Source: an uncultured bacterium
GTDB taxonomy: Bacteria; Bacillota; Clostridia; Lachnospirales; Lachnospiraceae
Length of the DNA: 64,000 nucleotides
Direction of reading: 5' to 3'
NCBI GenBank assembly: GCA_947651225.1
Contig: CANSYK010000007.1
Location: forward strand, 6,784-70,783
In this document: positions 7,929-15,567 of the stretch, in pieces
Numbering within the stretch: position 1 is the stretch's first letter
Layout of the letters: every line of letters begins with the position of its first letter
Notes under the pieces: generated by a model
Databases searched by the model: none
What the model was told of the DNA's origin: nothing
What the model saw: the letters and a program-made list of their open reading frames with translations, nothing else
Program-made: the position numbers and the translations under genes

Positions 7929-9223
7929 TAACCCTCATACTTAATATCTGTCATTTCAAAAGCAGAACCATGGTAGCTTCCGATTTTACTTTTATCCCAA
8001 TACGAAACCCCCCACTCTGTTTCTGACTCTTCTTCTGTCTCCTTCTCTCCCCCTGTTTCCTTCTCAGACTCTGCCTTTTCATAGATGATATACATATATT
8101 CTGCATTTCCAACAGCCGACTCCCCAAAAGATGAATCAAATGGCAATGTGACAGTATCTACTAATGTCAAATCTTTGTCATATATCTTATAAGTCCCTGT
8201 CCCTTCTACTTTTCCCGACAATACCATATTGACATTTGACAGATAAAGATATTTTCCATCACTGCAAAAATACAGCCCCTGTTCAATTCCTTCCATAAAG
8301 ACTTCTATATGAGAACCATCCAAATCTGCCGTATACCATGTCCTTAAATCCTTATCTTCTTTCTTAAAATCATATGGACTAAAAAGCAGCTTGTCCTGCC
8401 AAAAGGCTATTCTTTGAATCCTGTAGTTTTTTGGCATATCTGAAAGAGCAAGTTCCCTAATCTTCCCCTCCTTCATATCATAAATAAACATCTTTAAATA
8501 CAATTTATCCAAAAAATTATCATCCGTAGTTTCTTCTTCAGATTTTATCTGGACATGAATTTGAAAATAAAGAAAATTACCATATGCCTGCAGGTCTGCC
8601 AAAGTAAATACATCCATATCTTTATCAGCAATATACACGTTTTCTGGTTTCTTGACATTATCTGTTAAAGAAAAGAACTTAATAGCAAACTGCTCCTCTG
8701 TTCCATCCTTATCTGACAAATATGTATGCTCTGTATAATAAATCACATCTCTGTGTACAATCCACTCTTCAATATTGACAGTATCCTCCCACTTATAAAC
8801 CTCTTCCCTTTTCATCCCATCAGCAGATACACGACATAAAACAGGACCAGAAAGAATTCTGCTGTCCACATAATATAAATAACCGTTACAGTATATAATT
8901 CCTGTATTAACCGCTTTTGTTTCCATATAAGCATTGCACTCCTGCATCTTTTCTAAATCAGTTTCCTTATCATGGAGACAGTCTGCTTTCCCACAGAGCG
9001 GAAGAAGCGTATCGCTTCCCTCATCTAAATAATAAAGATAATGCTCCTTTGCAAAATATTGCACGCCTGCCCCCTTCTGATGAAAGGCTAAAAATTCATA
9101 TCTTTCCATATACTGGTAATCACTGCCCTCGTGATAGGTGTCTGGAAGACTTTTACTACATCCCGTCAGAAAAAAGCAAATCACAGCCAATATTGTTATC
9201 CTATACCATTTAGTCCTTTCCAT
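7928..9223 (-). CDS. Lipoprotein paralog 1, Cys-rich N-terminal module plus beta-propeller-like repeats (DUF5050-like)
   Basis: Lipobox FFLTGC after the signal peptide. CGKADCLHDKE...ECNAY, and repeated [YF]-[YL]-Y blades (GYLYYVD, VIYYTEH, NFLYFQ, KYLYLSN). AGGAGG RBS. Confidence 0.6.
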   Translation of the reverse strand: MERTKWYRITILAVICFFLTGCSKSLPDTYHEGSDYQYMERYEFLAFHQKGAGVQYFAKEHYLYYLDEGSDTLLPLCGKADCLHDKETDLEKMQECNAYMETKAVNTGIIYCNGYLYYVDSRILSGPVLCRVSADGMKREEVYKWEDTVNIEEWIVHRDVIYYTEHTYLSDKDGTEEQFAIKFFSLTDNVKKPENVYIADKDMDVFTLADLQAYGNFLYFQIHVQIKSEEETTDDNFLDKLYLKMFIYDMKEGKIRELALSDMPKNYRIQRIAFWQDKLLFSPYDFKKEDKDLRTWYTADLDGSHIEVFMEGIEQGLYFCSDGKYLYLSNVNMVLSGKVEGTGTYKIYDKDLTLVDTVTLPFDSSFGESAVGNAEYMYIIYEKAESEKETGGEKETEEESETEWGVSYWDKSKIGSYHGSAFEMTDIKYEG

Positions 9224-9451
9224 GCTCCCCTCCTAATAGCTCATATTTGTATTATTGAATTCCTACATCAATAAGGATACAGACAATTCCTCCTAAGAAA
9301 CAACGAAGCCCGAAATACATCTATATCCTTATAAAATCTCTAAGCAGCAAAATCAATATAAAAATTATCAAAAAAGGATACAACCTCAATCTATCCGATT
9401 TTTTAAAATTCTCTACTCTGAAGCCGCTTTTAAATTACTTTTTAAAATTTC

Positions 9452-9874
9452 TTACTTCAATATTGTATTTGTAAGAATCTCTCCAATATGTGTATCATCA
9501 TTCCAAGTAGTTTTCTCATATGATGCTGAATGCTCCCCTGCAGCACCGACTACATTAGCATCATCAACCTTTTTCTCTGCAAAGGCAGTAGTACCACCTA
9601 TATTATTAGTTTTTACTGCTTCAGAACGATACCTCTTCTCTCCAAGTTTATAATATGCAATAGCTTTTGCCCTTATGAAACCTGGACGAGAAAGGGTAGT
9701 AGTCGCTTTTGCTCCGCTTTGGTCTTTTGATATTCTTCCACCTGCATTTAAAGGATTTGGTGCTGTTGTCGGTTTAGGAGGCTCTAACGCATTCGCTGTC
9801 ATCCCAAAACCTGCTACAGCCAGAGAAAGGCTAAGCAAAACCCCTGTTGCTACTTTTATAATCTTTTTATACAT
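9452..9874 (-). CDS. Small secreted protein paralog 1 (Sec signal, about 110-aa mature domain), function unknown
   Basis: MYKKIIKVATGVLLSLSLAVAGFGMTANA is a signal peptide with an A-x-A site. GGAGG RBS. It is a paralog of 12293..12709. Confidence 0.6.
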   Translation of the reverse strand: MYKKIIKVATGVLLSLSLAVAGFGMTANALEPPKPTTAPNPLNAGGRISKDQSGAKATTTLSRPGFIRAKAIAYYKLGEKRYRSEAVKTNNIGGTTAFAEKKVDDANVVGAAGEHSASYEKTTWNDDTHIGEILTNTILK

Positions 9875-9954
9875 ATTTATTTCCTCCATTCACAAAATTT
9901 TTAATGATTTTTTCTAACATTTATGTTACAATAGGCTTGGTTTCTTAATTTATG

Positions 9955-10000
9955 GCGTTCTTTTCGTATGTACTATTCTTACTTGAAAAGAACGCTTTTT
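9955..10000 (+). terminator. Conserved hairpin, copy B (GCGTTCTTTTC/GAAAAGAACGC) with a T-run on the + strand
   Basis: Inverted repeat 9955..9965 / 9985..9995, then TTTTT. Confidence 0.5.
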
Positions 10001-10047
10001 ACAATTTTTTCTCTGTAAATATCTCGAATACTATCCCCATAATACAT
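9979..10047 (-). CDS. 22-aa upstream ORF, copy B: MYYGDSIRDIYREKIVKSVLFK
   Basis: The ATG is preceded by GGGAGGTGAGAGA. The stop codon sits in the hairpin loop. It lies about 100 nt upstream of secreted-protein gene 1. Confidence 0.45.
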   Translation of the reverse strand: MYYGDSIRDIYREKIVKSVLFK

Positions 10048-10091
10048 TCTCTCACCTCCCTCGCCATATCAACTTATCACCATCTTATAAC

Positions 10092-10120
10092 ATAAGACGA
10101 CCATAAAGCTAATTTGTCAA
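10092..10120 (-). promoter_or_regulatory. Promoter (TTGACA-17 nt-TCTTAT) driving uORF copy B and secreted protein 1
   Basis: -35 at 10115..10120, -10 at 10092..10097 (minus strand). Confidence 0.5.
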
Positions 10121-10185
10121 CACAAAAATAGTAATGCAATATTTTTAAACTCTATCAATTTGCATTTAATAATATGCTTCCAATA

Positions 10186-10213
10186 TTGTATTTTAATTTT
10201 TTTGTGCTATAAT
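10186..10213 (+). promoter_or_regulatory. Promoter of blaI-like copy 2 (TTGTAT-16 nt-TGcTATAAT)
   Basis: -35 at 10186..10191, -10 at 10208..10213. ACTATAGT palindrome at 10234..10241. Confidence 0.55.
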
Positions 10214-10293
10214 ATTTAATAAAAGAGCGTACCACTATAGTGACGATACCCCTTTCTAACAATTAAAAATATATAGCAGAAATGGAGCAATGA

Positions 10294-10680
10294 ATGAAAA
10301 CAAAAAAATTAACAAAGAACCAGTTAGATATTATGAAGGTTTTATGGAAAAGTGAAAAAGCATTATCAGCATCCGATATTACGAAAAACAACCCTTCCTT
10401 GAACCTCAACACCGTCCGTTCCTGTCTCCAGGCAATGCTAAAAAACGGCGTAATTGTTGTGGATGATGTCGTATACAGCAGGACTGTTTTATCACGCAGC
10501 TATAAACCTGTACTTACAGCTGAAAAATATATTGCAGACAATTTTTCAGGAGTGACAAAAACCTTTTCTATTCCTGCAATGATTGCAGATCTGATTGAAA
10601 AGGAAGACAATCTGGAAATCATTGATGAAATAGAAACTTTATTACAAAAGCGCAGAAGAGAAATCATGGAAGGAAACTAA
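10294..10680 (+). CDS. BlaI/MecI/CopY-family repressor, copy 2 (no cognate sensor)
   Basis: 128 aa. It is near-identical to copies 1 and 3, with a handful of substitutions that are mostly C-terminal. Confidence 0.85.
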   Translation: MKTKKLTKNQLDIMKVLWKSEKALSASDITKNNPSLNLNTVRSCLQAMLKNGVIVVDDVVYSRTVLSRSYKPVLTAEKYIADNFSGVTKTFSIPAMIADLIEKEDNLEIIDEIETLLQKRRREIMEGN

Positions 10681-10733
10681 AAAACTAAACCATCATATGG
10701 CTCCGCTTCAAACTGCATGATAATCACAGTTCC
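10681..10733 (+). pseudogene. About 50-nt stub of the M56 sensor gene 5' end
   Basis: AAAACTAAACCATCATATGGCTCCGCTTCAAACTGCAT aligns to ATGAGCAAACCATCGTATGGCTCTGTTTCAAACTGTAT at 13515. The start codon is lost. The stub abuts the 3' end of lipoprotein gene 2. Confidence 0.5.
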
Positions 10734-10739
10734 TAACCA

Positions 10740-12020
10740 CTACCCCTCATACTTAATATCTGTTATTTCAAAAGCAGAGCCATCATAACTTCCGATTTTG
10801 CTTTTATCCCAATAGAAAATACCCCATTCTCTTTCTTCCTCTTCTTCCGTTTCCTCCCCATCGGGTTCCGCTTTTTCATAAAGAATATACATCATTTCGG
10901 GCGTCCCAATCCCCACATCACCATAAGGCGCTTTAAACGGCAGCTTAACGGTATCTACCAGCTTAAGATTCTTATCATATATTTTATAGTTTGCATCTCC
11001 CTTATCATATCCCCTGCATACCATATTGAGGTTTGACAGGTACAGATACTCCCCATCACTAAGAAACATCAGGCCTTGTCCAATATCTTCCATAAATATC
11101 TCTGCATTAGAACCATCTAAATCCGCAATATACTGGGACACTGGTTCTAAAAATTCTATATGCGGATTATACGGACCAAAGACTATCTTCCCCTGCCAGA
11201 ATGTTACTCCCTGTATCACCTCATCCTTTCCCAAATCCGGAAGGGTAAGTTCACTGACTTCATCCTTTTTCATATCGTAAATAAAGGTTTTCATATACTG
11301 ATATTTTAAATAATTATCATCCGTAACTTCTTCTTCCGTTTTTTTCTGGGCATGGACCTGAAAATACAAATAATTGCCGTATGCCTGTGGATGGGCTACT
11401 GTAAATACGGTCAGGTTCTTATCCACCTCATGTACCACCTTTGGCTTTTTCACATTTTCTGATAAGGCAAGGGATTTTAACGCATACCGTTCTTCCGTCT
11501 CACTTTTTCCTGCCAGATACTTATGTTCTGCATAATAAAAAACATCCCTGTGGATGATCCACTGTTCAATGCCAATATTGTCCTCCCACTCATAAACCTG
11601 TTCTTTTTTCATGCCATCTGCGGACAAACGGTATAACGCAGGAACATCTGAAATATGGTTCTCCACATAATACAGATATCCATTACAAAATGCAATCCCC
11701 GTATCTCTCGCCTCTGTTTTCGTATAAGCATTGCAGTTTTGCAGTTTCTCTGTATCCGTTTCCCTGTCATGCAGACAATCAGCTTTCCCACACAAAGGAA
11801 GAAGCTGGCTGCCTTCTTTATCCATGTAATAGATATAATGGCCATGCAAAAAATAATGTACTTTCTCTCCCTCTTGATGATAAGCATTAAAAGACTGTTT
11901 TTCCATATACTGGTAATCACTACCCTTCTGATAGGTGTCTGGCAAATCACCACCACAACCTGTCAAAAAAAAGGAAACTAACATTGTCATAATAACCTTA
12001 TACCATTTTATATTTTCCAT
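10740..12020 (-). CDS. Lipoprotein paralog 2 (DUF5050-like beta-propeller)
   Basis: Start placed at MENIKWYKVIMTMLVSFFLTGC (GGAGAGGGAG RBS). It is collinear with 7928..9223 and shares the conserved C-terminus YWDKSKIGSY-GSAFE-TDIKYEG. Confidence 0.6.
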   Translation of the reverse strand: MENIKWYKVIMTMLVSFFLTGCGGDLPDTYQKGSDYQYMEKQSFNAYHQEGEKVHYFLHGHYIYYMDKEGSQLLPLCGKADCLHDRETDTEKLQNCNAYTKTEARDTGIAFCNGYLYYVENHISDVPALYRLSADGMKKEQVYEWEDNIGIEQWIIHRDVFYYAEHKYLAGKSETEERYALKSLALSENVKKPKVVHEVDKNLTVFTVAHPQAYGNYLYFQVHAQKKTEEEVTDDNYLKYQYMKTFIYDMKKDEVSELTLPDLGKDEVIQGVTFWQGKIVFGPYNPHIEFLEPVSQYIADLDGSNAEIFMEDIGQGLMFLSDGEYLYLSNLNMVCRGYDKGDANYKIYDKNLKLVDTVKLPFKAPYGDVGIGTPEMMYILYEKAEPDGEETEEEEEREWGIFYWDKSKIGSYDGSAFEITDIKYEG

Positions 12021-12292
12021 ACTCCCTCTCCTTTTATAATTTATACAATAAAAAGGCGCAGTGCCCACGCTGGTACTATTTCCTATAACATAATAAAATC
12101 CCGCAGCAAGCTAAACGTAATATCCAGTTTTCTTATGTAACAAACTGCGGGATATCCTATATACACCAATTTTAGAACATGCTAAATATTCACCTATAGT
12201 GCGCAGTATAATACTTAAAAGCTATGGATTTCTTGTCTCCATAAAAGGAAAAATAGCTATTATATTTCCTACTTTCTTCACCAATGCTTTTC

Positions 12293-12709
12293 CTATTGTG
12301 GTATTGCATCATCATATATCGTACCAACATTTGTTGTATCATCCCATCTTGTTGCACCATATGTTACATGATGTTTTCCCATACCACCTTCCACATCAGC
12401 ACCACCAACTTTTTTCTCTGCTGTAGCAGATGTTCCACCTATATTATTGGAATTAGTCGCTTGGGAAGAGTACCTGAATTTCCCACTCCAATAATACACT
12501 ATCGCTGTTGCTTTTATAGTCCCAGGCCGTGAAAAGGTAGTAGTAGCCGTTGCGCTCTTACTATCAATCGATATCCTTCCGCTTGCATTTAAAGGATTTG
12601 ACGGCGTAGTCGGTTTACCCTTTGCATCCGCTGTCATCCCAAAACCTGCTACAGCCAGAGAAAGGCTAAGCAAACTCCCCATTGCTGCTTTTATAATCTT
12701 TTTATACAT
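12293..12709 (-). CDS. Small secreted protein paralog 2
   Basis: The signal peptide MYKKIIKAAMGSLLSLSLAVAGFGMTADA is nearly identical to paralog 1. The mature part is diverged. Confidence 0.6.
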   Translation of the reverse strand: MYKKIIKAAMGSLLSLSLAVAGFGMTADAKGKPTTPSNPLNASGRISIDSKSATATTTFSRPGTIKATAIVYYWSGKFRYSSQATNSNNIGGTSATAEKKVGGADVEGGMGKHHVTYGATRWDDTTNVGTIYDDAIPQ

Positions 12710-12789
12710 AGTTATTTCCTCCATTCTCAAAATTTTTAATGATTTTTTCTAATATTTATGTTACAATAACCTCGGTCTCTTAATTTATG

Positions 12790-12835
12790 GCGTTCTTTTC
12801 GTATGTACTATTCTTACTTGAAAAGAACGCTTTTT
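12790..12835 (+). terminator. Conserved hairpin, copy C
   Basis: Inverted repeat 12790..12800 / 12820..12830, then TTTTT. Confidence 0.5.
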
Positions 12836-12882
12836 ACAATTTTTTCTCTGTAAATATCTCGAATACTATCCCTATAATACAT
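12814..12882 (-). CDS. 22-aa upstream ORF, copy C: MYYRDSIRDIYREKIVKSVLFK
   Basis: Same SD, frame and stop position as copies A and B. Confidence 0.45.
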   Translation of the reverse strand: MYYRDSIRDIYREKIVKSVLFK

Positions 12883-12926
12883 TCTCTCACCTCCCTCCCC
12901 ATATAAACCTTTCGTCATTTTACAAC

Positions 12927-12955
12927 ATAATATACCCATAAAATTAATTTGTCAA
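12927..12955 (-). promoter_or_regulatory. Promoter (TTGACA-17 nt-TATTAT) driving uORF copy C and secreted protein 2
   Basis: -35 at 12950..12955, -10 at 12927..12932 (minus strand). Confidence 0.55.
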
Positions 12956-13020
12956 TCCGCAATTAATAACACAATATTTTTTAATACTTTCAACTTATAT
13001 TAAAAAATATATTTCTAATC

Positions 13021-13048
13021 TTGTATTTTAATTCTTTTGTGCTATAAT
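13021..13048 (+). promoter_or_regulatory. Promoter of blaI-like copy 3 (TTGTAT-16 nt-TGcTATAAT)
   Basis: -35 at 13021..13026, -10 at 13043..13048. ACTATAGT palindrome at 13069..13076, flanked by TGCAC repeats. Confidence 0.55.
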
Positions 13049-13127
13049 ACTCAATAAAGGAGTGCACCACTATAGTATGATGCACTTTCCTAACGATTAA
13101 AAATATATAGCAGAAATGGAGCAAAGA

Positions 13128-13514
13128 ATGAAAACAAAAAAATTAACAAAGAACCAATTAGATATTATGAAGGTTTTATGGAAAAGCGAGAAAGCATTAT
13201 CCGCATCTGATATTGCGAAAAACAACCCTTCCTTAAACCTCAACACCGTCCGTTCCTGTCTCCAGGCAATGCTAAAAAACGGCGTAATTGTTGTGGATGA
13301 TGTTGTATACAGCGGGACTGTTTTATCTCGCAGCTATAAGCCTGTACTTACTGCCGAAAAATATATTGCAGACAATTTTTCAGGAGTGACAAAAACCTTT
13401 TCTGCTCCTGCAATCATTGCAAATCTGATTGAAGAGGAAGACAATCTGGAAATCATTGATGAAATAGAAACTTTATTACAAAAGCGTAAAAGGGAAATCA
13501 GGGAGGGAAACTAA
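13128..13514 (+). CDS. BlaI/MecI/CopY-family repressor, copy 3
   Basis: Start placed at MKTKKL as in the other copies (GGAG RBS). The stop overlaps the sensor start (TAAATG). Confidence 0.85.
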   Translation: MKTKKLTKNQLDIMKVLWKSEKALSASDIAKNNPSLNLNTVRSCLQAMLKNGVIVVDDVVYSGTVLSRSYKPVLTAEKYIADNFSGVTKTFSAPAIIANLIEEEDNLEIIDEIETLLQKRKREIREGN

Positions 13515-14648
13515 ATGAGCAAACCATCGTATGGCTCTGTTTCAAACTGTATTGTAGTCACAAGTTTTCTTATGGCATATTTGCTGATTCTGAATAAGAA
13601 AAAGAATTTTATACTGAAATACGGGACAGGTACTTTTCTTGCACTGGCTCTTTTTTTGATTCTGCGTACACTCCTGCCTTATAACTTTCTTTTTTCACAT
13701 AATATACTTTCAAAAAAGATTCTTCCTCCATTCTTTGACGTTATTACGTACAAACTATTTGGATTATTCTCCCTTATGGATATCTTTGTCTGTGCATGGA
13801 TTTCAGGATTCCTGATCCAACTGGTACGGCTTACCATAAACCAATACCGGTTTTACCAATTTGTCAAAGAAAGCGAACGCACAACCTGCTATGACGATAT
13901 TCTCCAAAAGCTTATGAATAAGCACAAAAGACACAGAAAAATCCCCATCAGGAAAATGCCTTTCTTAAAAAGCCCCTGCATTACCGGTCTGTTCCATCCA
14001 TCTATCTTACTGCCGGATATGGACTTTTCAGAAAAGGAAGCAGAGTACATAATAAAACATGAACTAAAACACTTTTACCACCATGATTTGTGGATTCGTT
14101 TCTTTTGTGAATTCATGGTCTGTATGTACTGGTGGAATCCGCTGGCATATCAGATGAAACGCCAGTTAACAGAGGCTCTGGAATTTTCCAATGATTTTTC
14201 TATCACAAAGGAAATGGAGGAACTTGAAAAACTGGATTATTTAGACTGTCTGCTAAAGGTTGCCAAAAACCAGCTATACTCTCCGAAAACACCTTCCCTA
14301 TGCTTTTCAGAGAATGCGCCTTCTATGCTAAAGCAAAGAACCCTTTTTGTTCTATATCATAAGCATACCAAAAAAGACAGAGCCTATTTTGTACATTTTG
14401 CTGCTATTGCTGCCATAATATTGTTATCATTTCTGTTTGTAGTAGAACCCAGTTCTACCCCACAGGAAATCTTAGATACCACAATGTCATTAGATATTGA
14501 CCACACATTTTTTATTGTAAATGGACAGGGCTATAATGTTTATTTCCACAATCAATATATTGCACCAATAGATACCCTAAATTCATTTCCCGGCTATACT
14601 GTATACAAAAACAAGGAGGAGGCAAAACAATATGAAGAGATTAAATAA
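13515..14648 (+). CDS. BlaR1/MecR1-type M56 zinc-metalloprotease signal transducer, intact, with a short non-PBP ectodomain
   Basis: 377 aa. It has N-terminal TM helices, HELKH (HExxH) followed by WWNPLAY, a final TM FVHFAAIAAIILLSFLFVV, then only about 70 extracytoplasmic residues. Confidence 0.85.
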   Translation: MSKPSYGSVSNCIVVTSFLMAYLLILNKKKNFILKYGTGTFLALALFLILRTLLPYNFLFSHNILSKKILPPFFDVITYKLFGLFSLMDIFVCAWISGFLIQLVRLTINQYRFYQFVKESERTTCYDDILQKLMNKHKRHRKIPIRKMPFLKSPCITGLFHPSILLPDMDFSEKEAEYIIKHELKHFYHHDLWIRFFCEFMVCMYWWNPLAYQMKRQLTEALEFSNDFSITKEMEELEKLDYLDCLLKVAKNQLYSPKTPSLCFSENAPSMLKQRTLFVLYHKHTKKDRAYFVHFAAIAAIILLSFLFVVEPSSTPQEILDTTMSLDIDHTFFIVNGQGYNVYFHNQYIAPIDTLNSFPGYTVYKNKEEAKQYEEIK

Positions 14649-14865
14649 ATTAACAACATTATTTTTTACTATATCCGGCATCATTTTACTGCAAAATTGT
14701 TTTACCGCTGTTGCCGTCAGAGCAAGCAGCAATGACAACAATGACGAAATCATTACATACTCAGATGATATCGAATGGCGTTATAAACTAATAAATGGAA
14801 AATTGTATAAACGCCAATATAATCATACCACAAAAAAGTGGATTGGCAACTGGATTCCTGCCTAA
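14632..14865 (+). CDS. 77-aa exported peptide, translationally coupled to the M56 sensor gene
   Basis: The ATG overlaps the sensor 3' end by 17 nt. AAGGAGGAGG RBS. Signal peptide MKRLNKLTTLFFTISGIILLQNCFTAVAVRA. The Trp/Lys-rich mature end is DIEWRYKLINGKLYKRQYNHTTKKWIGNWIPA. Confidence 0.6.
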   Translation: MKRLNKLTTLFFTISGIILLQNCFTAVAVRASSNDNNDEIITYSDDIEWRYKLINGKLYKRQYNHTTKKWIGNWIPA

Positions 14866-14906
14866 ACTAAAATACGCTTTTATTCTACCTGTCCATTTTA
14901 TAATTC

Positions 14907-14950
14907 AGGCTGCAAAATAGTAAATCAACTATTTTGCAGCCTATTATTTT
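14907..14950 (+). terminator. Rho-independent terminator after the peptide gene
   Basis: 14-bp perfect stem AGGCTGCAAAATAG / CTATTTTGCAGCCT, then ATTATTTT. Confidence 0.7.
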
Positions 14951-15223
14951 CTTTAAACCAAAATTTATTCTTCCTATAATATTTCCAAAAACCATCCTTT
15001 ACAAGGATAGTTTATCTTTTCAATCCATTCTATTTTAAAGACCGACTTGGTATGCTTAATTTATATATTTATCTCGTGTTATGACACACAGAACGTAAGA
15101 AACTGCAAGTCAAATGTACATACAGGCATATCCACCTGGCTCGTTGTTTTGCGGAAGTACTGTAACAAAAGAAGCCGATTACTGACAGTTTCTATAAAAT
15201 ACGAAAGAAGCGAGGTCTTTTAT

Positions 15224-15553
15224 ATGAATTTAAAACAAGTTGGTAAAAATGTGAAAGCATGCAGAAAAGAACATCACCTTACACAGGGACAGTTAGCAGA
15301 GTTGGCAGAAGTTTCCGTAAACCACATATCACATATTGAAAATGGTTCGGTTGCCATGTCTTTAGAATCCCTGCTTTCGATTTGCCGTGCTTTAAATGTT
15401 ACGCCAAATGACATTTTATTAGGAGAATACTTATATCCTGGTGTGGATGATATGCTTTTCAAGGAGCCTTCCAACCACCTGAATTTTGATGACAAAATCC
15501 TTCTCCAGAAAATTTTTCAATATATGGAGGAACGCCGACAAAACGAAAAATAG
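15224..15553 (+). CDS. XRE-family helix-turn-helix regulator, copy 3
   Basis: Near-identical to 4496..4825, with the same RBS context. The long track ORF starting at 15047 is not supported. Confidence 0.8.
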   Translation: MNLKQVGKNVKACRKEHHLTQGQLAELAEVSVNHISHIENGSVAMSLESLLSICRALNVTPNDILLGEYLYPGVDDMLFKEPSNHLNFDDKILLQKIFQYMEERRQNEK

Positions 15554-15567
15554 AAGGAAAAATCCTT

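Noticed and set aside
9452-9874. Lactococcin 972-family bacteriocin. The gene order (small secreted protein, large membrane protein, ABC ATPase) is reminiscent of the lcn972 operon.
   Set aside because: I could not align the mature sequence to the Lcn972 hallmarks I remember. The membrane protein's topology, with TM clusters at both ends and a cytoplasmic coiled-coil middle, differs from the 7-TM immunity protein. It is kept only as a loose analogy.
2470-13127. Three ~400-bp repeats with hairpins: could they be a CRISPR array or an IS element?
   Set aside because: The repeats are far too long and are separated by kilobases of coding DNA. There are no short regular repeat-spacer units, no terminal inverted repeats and no transposase. 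They are duplicated intergenic control regions.
13515-14648. Classical beta-lactam sensing BlaR1/MecR1
   Set aside because: Only about 70 residues follow the last TM helix. There is no SxxK/penicillin-binding sensor domain, and no beta-lactamase or PBP2a gene in the locus.
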